Of a DNA stretch of 64,000 nucleotides, positions 18,821 to 28,323 are shown piece by piece; the stretch's first letter is position 1, and every line of letters begins with the position of its first letter. The DNA lies in NCBI GenBank assembly GCA_050013475.1, contig JBEKFE010000002.1:221910-285909 (forward strand), given 5' to 3'. Under the pieces are notes generated by a model. That model had not been told where the DNA came from. It ran no database searches and was given only the letters and a program-made list of their open reading frames with translations. The DNA is from Bacteroidales bacterium (lineage in GTDB: Bacteria; Bacteroidota; Bacteroidia; Bacteroidales; VadinHA17). The translations under genes and the position numbers were made by a program.

Positions 18821-19292
18821 CTCCCTTGTAATCTTTTAGATTGATTGAGGCAGGGACGAATTTTGAAGCATCCCCGCCACTTCTGATAATATCGCGGACG
18901 ATAGTCGAATTTATAAAAGAATGGTCCGGAATGGTAAGAATAAAAACTGATTCCAGCCAGGGCGCCATTGCCTGGTTCACCTGGGCAATTGCTCTTTCAA
19001 ATTCAAAATCGGCTGCAGTACGAAGCCCCCTTAATATAAAATGTGCGCCATGCTTTTCGCAGTAATCAACTGTAAGTCCCTCATAGTGGTCGACTTTCAC
19101 CCGCGGTTCATTACTGAAGACTTTTGAGATCATTGCTTTCCGTGTATCGACGGAATAAACGCTTTTCTTGAGAGCGTTTGCACCAACAGCGATTATAATT
19201 TCGTCGAACATTGAAAGAGCCCTCCTGACAATACTCTCATGACCTATGGTAAAAGGGTCAAATGAACCTGGGAAAACAGCTGTTTTTTTCAT
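18807..19292 (-). CDS. coaD: Pantetheine-phosphate adenylyltransferase
   Basis: 161 aa with FPGSFDPFTIGHESIV (the nucleotidyltransferase HxGH motif). Confidence 0.92.
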   Translation of the reverse strand: MKKTAVFPGSFDPFTIGHESIVRRALSMFDEIIIAVGANALKKSVYSVDTRKAMISKVFSNEPRVKVDHYEGLTVDYCEKHGAHFILRGLRTAADFEFERAIAQVNQAMAPWLESVFILTIPDHSFINSTIVRDIIRSGGDASKFVPASINLKDYKGDEDL

Positions 19293-21751
19293 TCAAATGA
19301 TATTTTTTTCGGATTTTTCACTTTTTGTTTCAGCAAAGAGAGGTTGAGCACATCCATAATGGTAGAAACATATTGGAACTTAAGTCCTTTTATGTAGATA
19401 CTGCTTATATTCTCCACATCTTTCCTGTTCTCCTCTGAAAGGATGATCTCCCTGATACTGGCCCTTTTAGCTGCAAGTATTTTTTCCTTTATACCTCCCA
19501 CTGGCAGCACTCTGCCTCTGAGGGTAATTTCACCTGTCATGGCTATGAATTTCTTCACTTTGCGCTGGGTGAAGCCTGATGCAATTGAAGCAGCCATTGT
19601 GATACCTGCCGAGGGACCGTCCTTTGGTATGGCTCCTTCCGGCACGTGGATATGAATATTCCATTTTTCTGAAAAGTTATCGGGAAGGTCCAGAAGGCCG
19701 GTATTTGCCTTAAGATACTCAAGTGCAATGACTGCCGATTCCTTCATTACATCGCCAAGGTTTCCCGTGAGGGTCAGCTTGCCTGAACCGGGACTGATGC
19801 TTGTCTCGACGAATAGTATCTCCCCTCCTGCAGCAGTCCAGGCCAGTCCGGTCACAACTCCTGCCTGATCATTTCCCGTGTAAAGATCCCTTGTATATTT
19901 TGCAGGCCCCAGGATGGTCGTCAGCACTTTTTCATCCGGTTCGCTCTTGAACTTCGCTCCCGAGGCAATGTCCTTTGCCCTTACCCTTACGATCTTGGCC
20001 AGCCTTTTATCAAGTTCCCTGACACCTGATTCCCGGGTATATTTATCAATCACGAATTCAAGCTGTTTCTTTCCTAAAACAAGCTCACTGCTTTTTACTC
20101 CGTGGTTCTCAAGCTGACGCGGGAGCAGATGCTTCAGTGCAATCTCTCTCTTTTCCTCCAGCAGATAGCCTGTTATTTCGATGAGTTCCATCCTGTCGCG
20201 CAGGGCAGGGCTTATAGTCGACAGAGTATTGGCAGTTGCAATGAACATCACCTTGGAAAGATCGTACTCCATTTCGAGAAAATTGTCGAAGAAAGTACTG
20301 TTCTGCTCAGGATCAAGAACCTCAAGAAGTGCGGAGGAGGGATCACCCCTGAAATCCTGTCCGACCTTGTCTATCTCATCAAGTATAAAAACCGGGTTTG
20401 ATGAACCTGCACGTTTTATATTCTGAACTATTCGTCCCGGCATCGCCCCGATGTAAGTTTTCCTGTGACCTCGTATTTCCGCCTCATCGTGCAGACCACC
20501 GAGTGACATTCTGACATACTTTCTGCCAAGAGCTTTTGCCACGGATCTGCCAAGGGATGTTTTTCCCACTCCGGGAGGGCCGTAAAGGCATAGAATAGGT
20601 GATTTAAGATCGCCCTTGAGTTTCAGTACAGCAAGATGCTCCAGTATTCTCTCCTTAACCTCCTCCAGTCCGAAATGATCGTCATCAAGCACCTGTCTTG
20701 CATTTTTCAGATCGAGGTTATCCTTTGTATATTCACCCCAGGGCAGGTCGAGAAGCGTCTGGATATAATTAACCTGTACAGAATATTCGGCAGCAGCGGG
20801 GTTAAGACGCTGAAGCTTTTCCAGCTCCTTCTCAAAGGTCTTTTTGACCTCGGGGATCCATTTTTTCACATCTCCCTTGAGCCTGTATTCTTCTATCTCC
20901 TTTTCAAGCGGATTCCCTCCCAGCTCGTTCTGTATTGTTTTCATCTGCTGGTGCAGGAGGAATTCTCTCTGTTGCTGTTCAAGATCGCTTTTGACCTTCA
21001 GCTGAAGCTCGCTTTTGAGTTCAAGTATCTGGATCTCCTGAACCAGGTACTCAAGGAGCATATACCCTCTGTCGCGCACACTGCTGACCTCAAGGAGCCT
21101 CTGCTTGTCCTGGACTTTAATATCGGTATTCGAACAGATGAAATTAATAAGGTAAACGCTGTTCTCAATATTCTTTATTGCAAAAGAGGCTTCGGGGCTA
21201 ATGTTCGGATTGAGCTTAATTATTTTGAGCGACAGGTCCTTAAGTGATCCAACGATCGTCTCGAAATCCTTGCTTGAAGTATCAGGCCTCACTTCGGGGA
21301 GAGAGGTGACCTTTGCCAGTAAGTAGGGATCGTCTGATACCAGCTCATTGAGGATCATTCTTTTTCTTCCCTGGATAATAGCTGTCGTGGATCCATCAGG
21401 CATCTCCAGAAGCTTCACGATCTGGCCTATAGTGCCTATCCCATGAAGGTCGGCAAATCGCGGATCCTCTATCTCAGGATCTTTTTGAGCAACAGTACCG
21501 ACTATCTTGTCCGTGCGATAAACATCTTTTATCAGCTGGATCGATTTAGGTCTTGCAATTGATATCGGCAGGACAACTCCAGGGAACAGGACAGTATTTC
21601 TTAACGATAATACCGGAATTACCTCAGGTACTTCCATATCCTCAAGCTCTCCATCATCACCGTCTGTGATTATAGGTATGATATCCCCGTCGCCGTCCAT
21701 AATATCAGGCAATAAGAATCCGTTAGCTGGTCTTCTGAATTTTTTATCCAT
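19289..21751 (-). CDS. lon: ATP-dependent Lon protease (LonA)
   Basis: Walker A GPPGVGKTS and catalytic-Ser region KDGPSAGITMA. I prefer the start at ATG 21751 (MDKKFRRPANG...). The first 30 codons of the track ORF (to 21841) overlap a promoter-like element and abut the L31 terminator. Confidence 0.95.
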   Translation of the reverse strand: MDKKFRRPANGFLLPDIMDGDGDIIPIITDGDDGELEDMEVPEVIPVLSLRNTVLFPGVVLPISIARPKSIQLIKDVYRTDKIVGTVAQKDPEIEDPRFADLHGIGTIGQIVKLLEMPDGSTTAIIQGRKRMILNELVSDDPYLLAKVTSLPEVRPDTSSKDFETIVGSLKDLSLKIIKLNPNISPEASFAIKNIENSVYLINFICSNTDIKVQDKQRLLEVSSVRDRGYMLLEYLVQEIQILELKSELQLKVKSDLEQQQREFLLHQQMKTIQNELGGNPLEKEIEEYRLKGDVKKWIPEVKKTFEKELEKLQRLNPAAAEYSVQVNYIQTLLDLPWGEYTKDNLDLKNARQVLDDDHFGLEEVKERILEHLAVLKLKGDLKSPILCLYGPPGVGKTSLGRSVAKALGRKYVRMSLGGLHDEAEIRGHRKTYIGAMPGRIVQNIKRAGSSNPVFILDEIDKVGQDFRGDPSSALLEVLDPEQNSTFFDNFLEMEYDLSKVMFIATANTLSTISPALRDRMELIEITGYLLEEKREIALKHLLPRQLENHGVKSSELVLGKKQLEFVIDKYTRESGVRELDKRLAKIVRVRAKDIASGAKFKSEPDEKVLTTILGPAKYTRDLYTGNDQAGVVTGLAWTAAGGEILFVETSISPGSGKLTLTGNLGDVMKESAVIALEYLKANTGLLDLPDNFSEKWNIHIHVPEGAIPKDGPSAGITMAASIASGFTQRKVKKFIAMTGEITLRGRVLPVGGIKEKILAAKRASIREIILSEENRKDVENISSIYIKGLKFQYVSTIMDVLNLSLLKQKVKNPKKISFE

Positions 21752-21820
21752 TCTCGGTTTAACCAGGTTAAAATTACATATTATTTTAAAATCTCTTCCA
21801 TTTGTCAGTTGTGGCAGGAT

Positions 21821-21836
21821 TGCAATAGTTATGCCA
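21821..21836 (-). promoter_or_regulatory. Sigma-54 (-24/-12) promoter-like element upstream of lon
   Basis: The minus strand reads TGGCATAACTATTGCA, which is TGGCA(T)-N5-TTGCA with the exact GG-N10-GC spacing. It lies 70 nt upstream of the ATG at 21751 and directly downstream of the L31 terminator. Confidence 0.5.
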
Positions 21837-21856
21837 GACATTTATTTATAAAAAAA

Positions 21857-21888
21857 TTGTAGGGCCGTAGCATGCTACGGCCCTACAA
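21857..21888 (-). terminator. Rho-independent terminator of the L31 gene
   Basis: Perfect palindrome ttgtagggccgtagca|tgctacggccctacaa with 16-nt arms. On the minus strand it is followed by TTTTTTTAT. Confidence 0.9.
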
Positions 21889-21916
21889 CCCTACAAATTT
21901 TATTAAGTACAATTTC

Positions 21917-22180
21917 CTATTTTTTCTTTCCGAGATGGTTCTTATACCTTGTATTGAATTTATCAACACGTCCTGCAGTATCAACAAGTTTCATCTTACC
22001 TGTATAGAACGGATGGGAGGTATTCGAGATCTCAAGCTTGATAAGAGGATATTCGTTACCGTCTTCCCACTTGATATTCTCTTTCGACGGAGCTGTGGTC
22101 TTGCTCAGGAAGGAGTATCCGTTCGACATATCCTGAAACACTACCAGCCTGTAATTGTTCGGATGTATTCCCTTTTTCAT
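21917..22180 (-). CDS. rpmE: 50S ribosomal protein L31, type B (no Cys zinc ribbon)
   Basis: 87 aa: [29 protein letters not shown]...[24 protein letters not shown]. It contains no cysteines. Confidence 0.95.
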   Translation of the reverse strand: MKKGIHPNNYRLVVFQDMSNGYSFLSKTTAPSKENIKWEDGNEYPLIKLEISNTSHPFYTGKMKLVDTAGRVDKFNTRYKNHLGKKK

Positions 22181-22204
22181 TGCCTGTTTCGTTTAAATCA
22201 AATC

Positions 22205-22227
22205 TAAAAAATATCCCTGAATCAGGG
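22205..22227 (-). terminator. Probable terminator after the 400-aa GNAT-like gene
   Basis: The minus strand reads ccctgattcaggg (5-bp stem) followed by ATATTTTTT. A TAGATTTG (TAnnTTTG-type -7 box, 22199-22206) follows, upstream of the L31 gene. Confidence 0.5.
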
Positions 22228-22298
22228 TTTGCAAAATTAATCAACATTTTTGAAATAGCAAATCGTACCGCAAAATTATTGCATCAGGCTTGCAATCA

Positions 22299-23501
22299 TT
22301 ATCTGTGGCGATGTTTTCCTGACATTTCTTCCATGTATTTCATGAAAGGAAGATCCCTGTTGATCATGTATCGGTATGTATAATGCGTTTTGGCTTTCTT
22401 TGCTTCCAGGGCTTCATAGATCGCGATCATCCTTGGATTAAAATCACCGACCCACGAAAGTTCAAGCTCCTTGTACCATCTTTTGCGCTTGAAAACCTCG
22501 TAAAGATGAATAAAAATGGAGGATTCGATCCCGGAATTCTGGTGCGAAGGATGAACTCCGCCCACGATCGCTCTCATCCTTGACATTTCATGAGTAGCCC
22601 TGTAATAAAAGAATCTGATGATGTTCCAGAGGTGCAGTTTCCCCCTGAAGTGCCTTAATATCTGGTTAAGATCGGGGTACAGGATAAAAAATGCCACAGG
22701 CTTGTCGTTATAATAGGCAAACCATATCAGCTCCTCATCAATGAATGATTTCATTTTTCTTACAGTAGCTTCAAGGAATGCGGGATCCATAGGTGTAAAA
22801 TCTTCCTTGAAAAGCGACCATGTCTCATTGTATACCTCAACAAGGTCGTTAATGAATTTATTGCTTTTTCTGTATTCAAAATGCTTAAATGAATATCCCG
22901 GCCTTTTCATCAGCCATTCAGCTATTTTTACAAGCCGCGGGGGAAACATGACGATCTTGTTGTCATCTCCCCTTACTATTCTGTGGTACGAATACTGTTC
23001 AAAGTATTTGACAAACCCGTATTCCTCGAAGAATGCCCTGTAATACTCTTTATTATAAGGCATCCCAAATCCCTGCTGCATGAATCCTTCGACCAGAAGG
23101 CCCCAGTTTACATCATTCTCACCGAAATTGATCGGACCATCCATTGCCTGCATACCTCTCGCCGAAAGCCATTCCTTTGCTGTATCAAAAAGCATGAATG
23201 CCGCATCAATGTTCTCGATAACCTCAAAATATCCAATTCCGCCTGTAGGCTGCCTGTTTGCCCTGCTTCTGATATTATCAATAAAAGCTGCGATACGGCC
23301 AATCGTTTTTCCATCAATATCCTTCAGTATCCATCGTGTTGCCTCACCATGTCTGAATGAGGGGTTCAGGGCAGGATCAAAAGTCGATTGGATCTCTGAA
23401 TCGAGAGGACATATCCATCCCGGATCATTCCTGTAAAGGATTTTGGGAAAACGGATAAACTCGTTCCTTTCACTCCTGCTTTTTACCTCAACTGCATACA
23501 T
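22299..23501 (-). CDS. Conserved hypothetical protein, probable GNAT-fold acyltransferase
   Basis: 400 aa. The N-terminus FIRFPKILYRNDPGWICPLD and GRIAAFID resemble a GNAT-like family common in Bacteroidota. I could not verify this without an HMM search. Confidence 0.5.
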   Translation of the reverse strand: MYAVEVKSRSERNEFIRFPKILYRNDPGWICPLDSEIQSTFDPALNPSFRHGEATRWILKDIDGKTIGRIAAFIDNIRSRANRQPTGGIGYFEVIENIDAAFMLFDTAKEWLSARGMQAMDGPINFGENDVNWGLLVEGFMQQGFGMPYNKEYYRAFFEEYGFVKYFEQYSYHRIVRGDDNKIVMFPPRLVKIAEWLMKRPGYSFKHFEYRKSNKFINDLVEVYNETWSLFKEDFTPMDPAFLEATVRKMKSFIDEELIWFAYYNDKPVAFFILYPDLNQILRHFRGKLHLWNIIRFFYYRATHEMSRMRAIVGGVHPSHQNSGIESSIFIHLYEVFKRKRWYKELELSWVGDFNPRMIAIYEALEAKKAKTHYTYRYMINRDLPFMKYMEEMSGKHRHR

Positions 23502-23526
23502 AATTCATTTGCATCTTTTACTGAAA

Positions 23527-24909
23527 CTAATGTATATCGATCACCCTGTGGTCGATCAGAACAAAAAGAACTATAATCATGGTTGAATAAGCTGCATATA
23601 TCTTAAGCGGGATGTATTCCGATGGCTTTATTTTCATTTTTATCCAGACATATGCCATCAAAAATGCTTTCTCCACAATGTATACAACCAGGGTTGCTAA
23701 AGCCACACCTACAGTTCCGTAATCCTGTATCAGGTAAAGGCTCAGCGGGATGTTCAGCGACAGCTCAAGGATAGCCGCGAACAGGGCTATTCTCGTACGT
23801 TTTCTTCCGATCACGATTGTTTGGGGAAAAACCAGACGCGGGATGATCAGAAGGAGATATATCAGGAAGATATCTGCGCTCCTTACATACTCGGGGTTAA
23901 AAACCCTGGGGAAAAGCCACCTTGTAAAGAGCATCATAACCATTGAGGAGGGAAAAAGAAAATGCATCAGCCTCCCGGATTTAGCCTTGATCTTTGCAAG
24001 AGACTCCTTCATCCTGCTTCGGGTCGAAAACTCCGGTAGCATCGCATTGCTCAGGCCGTTTGCAAGCATAAGCACAAGAGGAAATTCCTTTGCTCCATAG
24101 CGGAAGTGTGCAAAAGTTTCAGGGTTATTGTAGAATGCTGAAATGATAATGCCATCTGTATACTGGGCTGACCCGCTTATCAGCGAGGTAAGGATCAGAG
24201 GCAGTCCCAGGTAAAGGTGCTCCTTCATGAATTCATACGAGATTTTCATCTCGGTGTATCTTCTGAGAAGGATTATAAGCCATACCCATCTTACTGCGGT
24301 TATGATGAGCAGGCCATAAAAGGACCACATAATGCCCCTGCCTGCAATAACCGGAACTATGACAAGAAGCAACTGGGCGGAAAAAGTATAAATGCCATAT
24401 TGCAATATCCTGTACGACCTGTTGTTAAGCAGATAGATATATTCAATGAGGCAAACCGGGTTACTGAGAAGAATGTACAGGAGTAAAAGGTTGATATACG
24501 GCACATCTCCCGAAAAGTTGAAAATTGAGATGCTCCCCTTTATGGACTGCCCTATCACAAATACCAGCACACTGAAAAAACTCAGTAACAGGAAAGCATT
24601 GAATATTTCTGGTGACTTGCCTTTTTCGCCAGCTCCCATTTTCCAGTATGTCCTGTTCCGGTGATAGAGGGGAAGCAATGACTGGATTATACCTGTGACC
24701 CAGAAAAAGCTGAGGAGACTTGATATGAACAGGAACATCTCCCAGTTGCCGATATCAACTTTCTTGAGGTGGCTTTTGGTAAAAACTATGCTTATTATCA
24801 GGAAGATGCCAAATCGCAGCAGCTGGAAAAGCTGTAACCCGGAAATGTTATCTATGAATTTTATTTTTTTCAATCCGGTCCCCTGAATCTTATGTTTAAA
24901 CCTGACCAA
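23527..24909 (-). CDS. Polysaccharide/oligosaccharide flippase (MOP/Wzx-like) family membrane protein
   Basis: 460 aa with roughly 12-14 predicted TM helices and MOP-superfamily-like composition. Confidence 0.6.
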   Translation of the reverse strand: MVRFKHKIQGTGLKKIKFIDNISGLQLFQLLRFGIFLIISIVFTKSHLKKVDIGNWEMFLFISSLLSFFWVTGIIQSLLPLYHRNRTYWKMGAGEKGKSPEIFNAFLLLSFFSVLVFVIGQSIKGSISIFNFSGDVPYINLLLLYILLSNPVCLIEYIYLLNNRSYRILQYGIYTFSAQLLLVIVPVIAGRGIMWSFYGLLIITAVRWVWLIILLRRYTEMKISYEFMKEHLYLGLPLILTSLISGSAQYTDGIIISAFYNNPETFAHFRYGAKEFPLVLMLANGLSNAMLPEFSTRSRMKESLAKIKAKSGRLMHFLFPSSMVMMLFTRWLFPRVFNPEYVRSADIFLIYLLLIIPRLVFPQTIVIGRKRTRIALFAAILELSLNIPLSLYLIQDYGTVGVALATLVVYIVEKAFLMAYVWIKMKIKPSEYIPLKIYAAYSTMIIVLFVLIDHRVIDIH

Positions 24910-25049
24910 TAATTTAACCGGAACATGATTAAATCAGGTCGGTTCAATTTCTTATGAGCCGTAAATATAGTTATTGCAGTAATTATGAGAAAATAAAATT
25001 AAAATTTTGCATTATGAAATTTTTGGGCTTAATTTGCAACCCGTAAAAC

Positions 25050-25124
25050 GGTGGTTGTAGCTCAGTTGGTTAGAGCGCCAGATTGTGGCTCTGGAGGTCG
25101 CCGGTTCGACCCCGGTCTTCCACC
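25050..25124 (+). tRNA. tRNA-His (anticodon GTG) with encoded G-1; no encoded CCA
   Basis: Hand-folded cloverleaf: G-1, acceptor gtggttg/cttccac, D arm gctc-agttggtta-gagc, anticodon arm ccaga-ttGTGgc-tctgg, T arm gccgg-ttcgacc-ccggt, discriminator C. Positions 5:68 and 6:67 are U:U mismatches. Confidence 0.85.
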
Positions 25125-25135
25125 CGTCAAAAAAG

Positions 25136-25168
25136 AGGCTATCCCGAAAGGGACAGCCTTTTTTATTG
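25136..25168. terminator. Bidirectional terminator between tRNA-His and ccsBA
   Basis: aggctatccc-gaaa-gggacagcct forms a 10-bp stem with one A/C mismatch. It is flanked by an A-run (25129-25134) and a T-run (25159-25165). Confidence 0.8.
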
Positions 25169-25179
25169 CTGCAACTTGG

Positions 25180-25214
25180 CTTTTGTCTTTTATCTTTTGT
25201 CTTTTATCTTTGTT
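25180..25214 (-). repeat. Tandem 14-mer (CTTTTGTCTTTTAT) x2.5 overlapping the ccsBA stop codon
   Basis: Units lie at 25180-25193 and 25194-25207, with a partial unit at 25208-25214. The ccsBA TAA (25204-25206) lies inside the second unit. Confidence 0.95.
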
Positions 25215-28200
25215 CAACCTTCCTCCATCTGTCATATTTAAGGTATGCCAGGAATGAAGCTGCAACAAGCAATATTACTGTAACATAAACGAACGACGGT
25301 ACGGGAACGGGGTCACCCGATGCATATGAATGCAGCCCCGAGAGGTAATAATTAACTCCAAAATAAGTCATCAGCACCGACGAGAGGGCGAAAAGCGAAA
25401 GGAGATTGAAAGTGAAGATATCCTTCAGTCCCGGTATCATCTTTGAATGAATGACAATGCTGTATATGATGATCGTTATAAGCGACCATGTCTCTTTGGG
25501 ATCCCATCCCCAGTACCTCCCCCACGATTCGTTTGCCCAGATAGCACCAAGGAAAGTCCCTATTGTCAGAAAATAGAGGCCAAGTGTCAGAGTCCTGTAA
25601 TTGATAATTGTAAGTTCATCAATTGTAGTAGAGATCCTGTCAATATTCTTCCTGTTTGAAAATATAAGTAAAATCAGGTTGATAAGACCAAGAATGGCAC
25701 CAAGTCCAAGGAATCCATAGCTTCCGGTTATTACCGACACATGAATTGTGAGCAGGTACGACTTAAGTACCGGGACCAGGTTTGTAATCTCGGGATCCAT
25801 GAAACTGAGATGAGCTACCATCAGTGTCATTGACCCCAGTACGGCGGTAGCTGAAAGAGCAAATGGCGACTGCCTGCTGAAAATAAATCCTGCAAGCAGC
25901 GTTACCCAGGATATAAAGATCATCGATTCGTACCCGTTACTCATCGGTGCATGACCTGCTATGTACCATCTCATTCCAAGACCTAGGGTATGGAACAGGA
26001 ATCCGGCGAATAGCAGCCAGCTTAAAGTCTTGACAAAAAGTGAATTGCTTTTTGCACCTTTTATTACCATTACTATCAGTCCGATAAGCATAACTATTCC
26101 AAGGGTGGCATAAAAGGGGAACAGACGTTCAAATATTTTTGCCTTATAGTAAAATATCTCAACATTTGTCTTCGCGTTCGAGGGCAAAGCATACCCTGCA
26201 AACCTTGCCTGGTAATCGCTTACTGACCTGGCGATCCTTTCCGCATCGGAGAGCGCGTTGTTTTTTAACGCCTCCGCAAACATCGGCATTACATTTTTGA
26301 GATAAAGTGAATCCTCGCTGCTGATGGCATTTTTCAGGGCTTCATCAGGGGGTCCCCAGCTATTGATCTTATTCTTAAGCGGGAAAAGCTTCATGAACTC
26401 ACCCGTATTGATCATATATACAATATTCACCCTCTCATCTATCTTCATCACCTCCTTATCAAATTTATTTCTTTCTCCTGGTGATTTGGCATAGGCTTTC
26501 TGAACATACTCTGAAAGCTTATATCCGCCGCCACCGTGCATATCCACAATATCACCAAATGAAGCATAACTGCTGCTGATGCCGATAAGCTTCTGGATCT
26601 CGCTGTTTGCTATCCTGATCATCCGGACATTTTGCCAGTTTTCAAAATCAAAGTACACACCGAGGAAGACCTGCATTGATGAAAGACCTTCAAACTCATT
26701 CTTGTGAGTAACCTTTCTGAGTATGTCATTGCTAAGAGTGTACAATGGCTTGGTCCTGCCCTTCTGATCCTGCACCAGCACCCTGCCAAACTCTTCTGCT
26801 GCTTTCCTGTCGGGAACAAGCTTCTGGGCATTAACAGCAGATAAACCCGAAAGGATCAGCAGTATGGATATAACTGTTACTGATCTTCTGAAAGGGGATC
26901 TCCAGTAACCCGGATTGATATTCCTGAAGATTGATCTCCTGTTGAATATTGACAGGATAATAAACAGGAACATAATGGCATATCCTGTATATGTCACAGA
27001 CATACCAATAGTGTCGTGATTAATTGAAAGTATTGTACCATGTTCATCCTGATCGAATGATGACTGGTAAAACCGGTAGCCTTTGTACTTTAGAATGTTA
27101 TTCATGAATATCATAAAGCTTTTTTGCGTTCCGGATACTTTATCAATTAATACCACGTCACTCTTGTAGCCTGAAGGACTGTTTGATCCGGGATATCTTT
27201 CAAAAATGAACTTGTTAAGCTTCAGTGTAAAAGGCAGGCTCATTATCCTTGACCCGTAGAACATCTCAACGATTTTGCCGTTCACATGTGCTGTACCTGT
27301 TGTCTGATATTCATTCTTTTTATCCCAGAGGGTAATCGCTACTGGTTTGTCTCCCGCAAAGACATGGAATATCATAGCATTCTGATCAGTCTCCTGCTGT
27401 TTAGGATCAACCGGAACAGGTTTTACAAATCCACTTAAAGACATTTCCTGCGGAATCAATTTCATCCCTTTGAAGGCATAAATCTGCATTGCCTTCATGA
27501 CAACTTTTTCCCTAGCCTCAACAGGTATGCTGTCGCCGTGCATCATACCCATCTGCGCAAAGTCTGAGGCCGACGAGATATGAAATCCGGCTGAATCAGA
27601 GGAAACTGAAATATCAGCAGGTTCCTTGCTGTTGAACCCAATGCTGAAGCCGGAAGCAGTTACCTTTTCACCGCCTTTTATAATAAGATCCTCCATTTCC
27701 ATATGACCCGTCATCACGATTAGTGAAACTATTGGTACTCCTGATGGGGAATCGATTATTCCTTCTGTTGCGTTCTTTATAACCTCTGAAAGTTCAATCT
27801 CGTAATTCTCACCCCCTGCAGAAAATCTTCTAAGATATTTTCCTGACGATACTGAGCTCATCGTGAATCCTGTCATCTTTTCAGCCAGAACATCTCCTTT
27901 TTCATCCTTAACAGAATAGCCAATAAATTTATCTGATGAAAAACATCTGTTTTCTTCCGCTCTTTCTCGTATATGTATTGACCCTTCATATCCAAAATAC
28001 CTTGTTATTGCTGCACCTGTAAGGATAATAATAAATGCTCCATGAAAAAGAAATACTGTGAGCTTTGCCCTTCTGTAAAGCTTAAGTTCAATGATCTGAC
28101 CGATAAGATTCGCTGCAAGCAGCAGCATGATCAGACCAAACCACCACGATCCATATACCAGATTATAGGCTGAGGCAGAGCCGAAATCATTCTCAAGAAA

Positions 28201-28284
28201 CGTAGCGACAGCCATAGCCAGTGCAAAACATACTAACAAAACTCCCATCATAATGGGAGAAAAAAGGAATCTTACAACTTTCAT
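25204..28284 (-). CDS. ccsBA: Fused system II cytochrome c synthase CcsBA (ResB-like + CcsA/ResC)
   Basis: 1026 aa. The N-terminal part is ResB-like with a large periplasmic region. The C-terminal polytopic part carries the tryptophan-rich WWD motif WGRYWGWDPKETWSL. Confidence 0.9.
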   Translation of the reverse strand: MKVVRFLFSPIMMGVLLVCFALAMAVATFLENDFGSASAYNLVYGSWWFGLIMLLLAANLIGQIIELKLYRRAKLTVFLFHGAFIIILTGAAITRYFGYEGSIHIRERAEENRCFSSDKFIGYSVKDEKGDVLAEKMTGFTMSSVSSGKYLRRFSAGGENYEIELSEVIKNATEGIIDSPSGVPIVSLIVMTGHMEMEDLIIKGGEKVTASGFSIGFNSKEPADISVSSDSAGFHISSASDFAQMGMMHGDSIPVEAREKVVMKAMQIYAFKGMKLIPQEMSLSGFVKPVPVDPKQQETDQNAMIFHVFAGDKPVAITLWDKKNEYQTTGTAHVNGKIVEMFYGSRIMSLPFTLKLNKFIFERYPGSNSPSGYKSDVVLIDKVSGTQKSFMIFMNNILKYKGYRFYQSSFDQDEHGTILSINHDTIGMSVTYTGYAIMFLFIILSIFNRRSIFRNINPGYWRSPFRRSVTVISILLILSGLSAVNAQKLVPDRKAAEEFGRVLVQDQKGRTKPLYTLSNDILRKVTHKNEFEGLSSMQVFLGVYFDFENWQNVRMIRIANSEIQKLIGISSSYASFGDIVDMHGGGGYKLSEYVQKAYAKSPGERNKFDKEVMKIDERVNIVYMINTGEFMKLFPLKNKINSWGPPDEALKNAISSEDSLYLKNVMPMFAEALKNNALSDAERIARSVSDYQARFAGYALPSNAKTNVEIFYYKAKIFERLFPFYATLGIVMLIGLIVMVIKGAKSNSLFVKTLSWLLFAGFLFHTLGLGMRWYIAGHAPMSNGYESMIFISWVTLLAGFIFSRQSPFALSATAVLGSMTLMVAHLSFMDPEITNLVPVLKSYLLTIHVSVITGSYGFLGLGAILGLINLILLIFSNRKNIDRISTTIDELTIINYRTLTLGLYFLTIGTFLGAIWANESWGRYWGWDPKETWSLITIIIYSIVIHSKMIPGLKDIFTFNLLSLFALSSVLMTYFGVNYYLSGLHSYASGDPVPVPSFVYVTVILLVAASFLAYLKYDRWRKVEQR

Positions 28285-28323
28285 GGTTTAATATTTATCC
28301 AGGAATAATAATTATTTAAATAA

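Noticed and set aside
20636-21247. 203-aa plus-strand ORF (and other 60-100-aa ORFs at 19443-21851) antisense to lon
   Set aside because: They are embedded in lon. They carry no motifs and have Leu/Phe-rich antisense-frame composition.
21872-22207. 111-aa plus-strand ORF overlapping the L31 gene
   Set aside because: It is antisense to an unmistakable L31 type B coding sequence and starts inside the terminator palindrome.
25051-25288. Three 67-68-aa ORFs across tRNA-His and its terminator
   Set aside because: They overlap a tRNA gene, a terminator hairpin and a tandem repeat, so they are artefacts of ORF calling.
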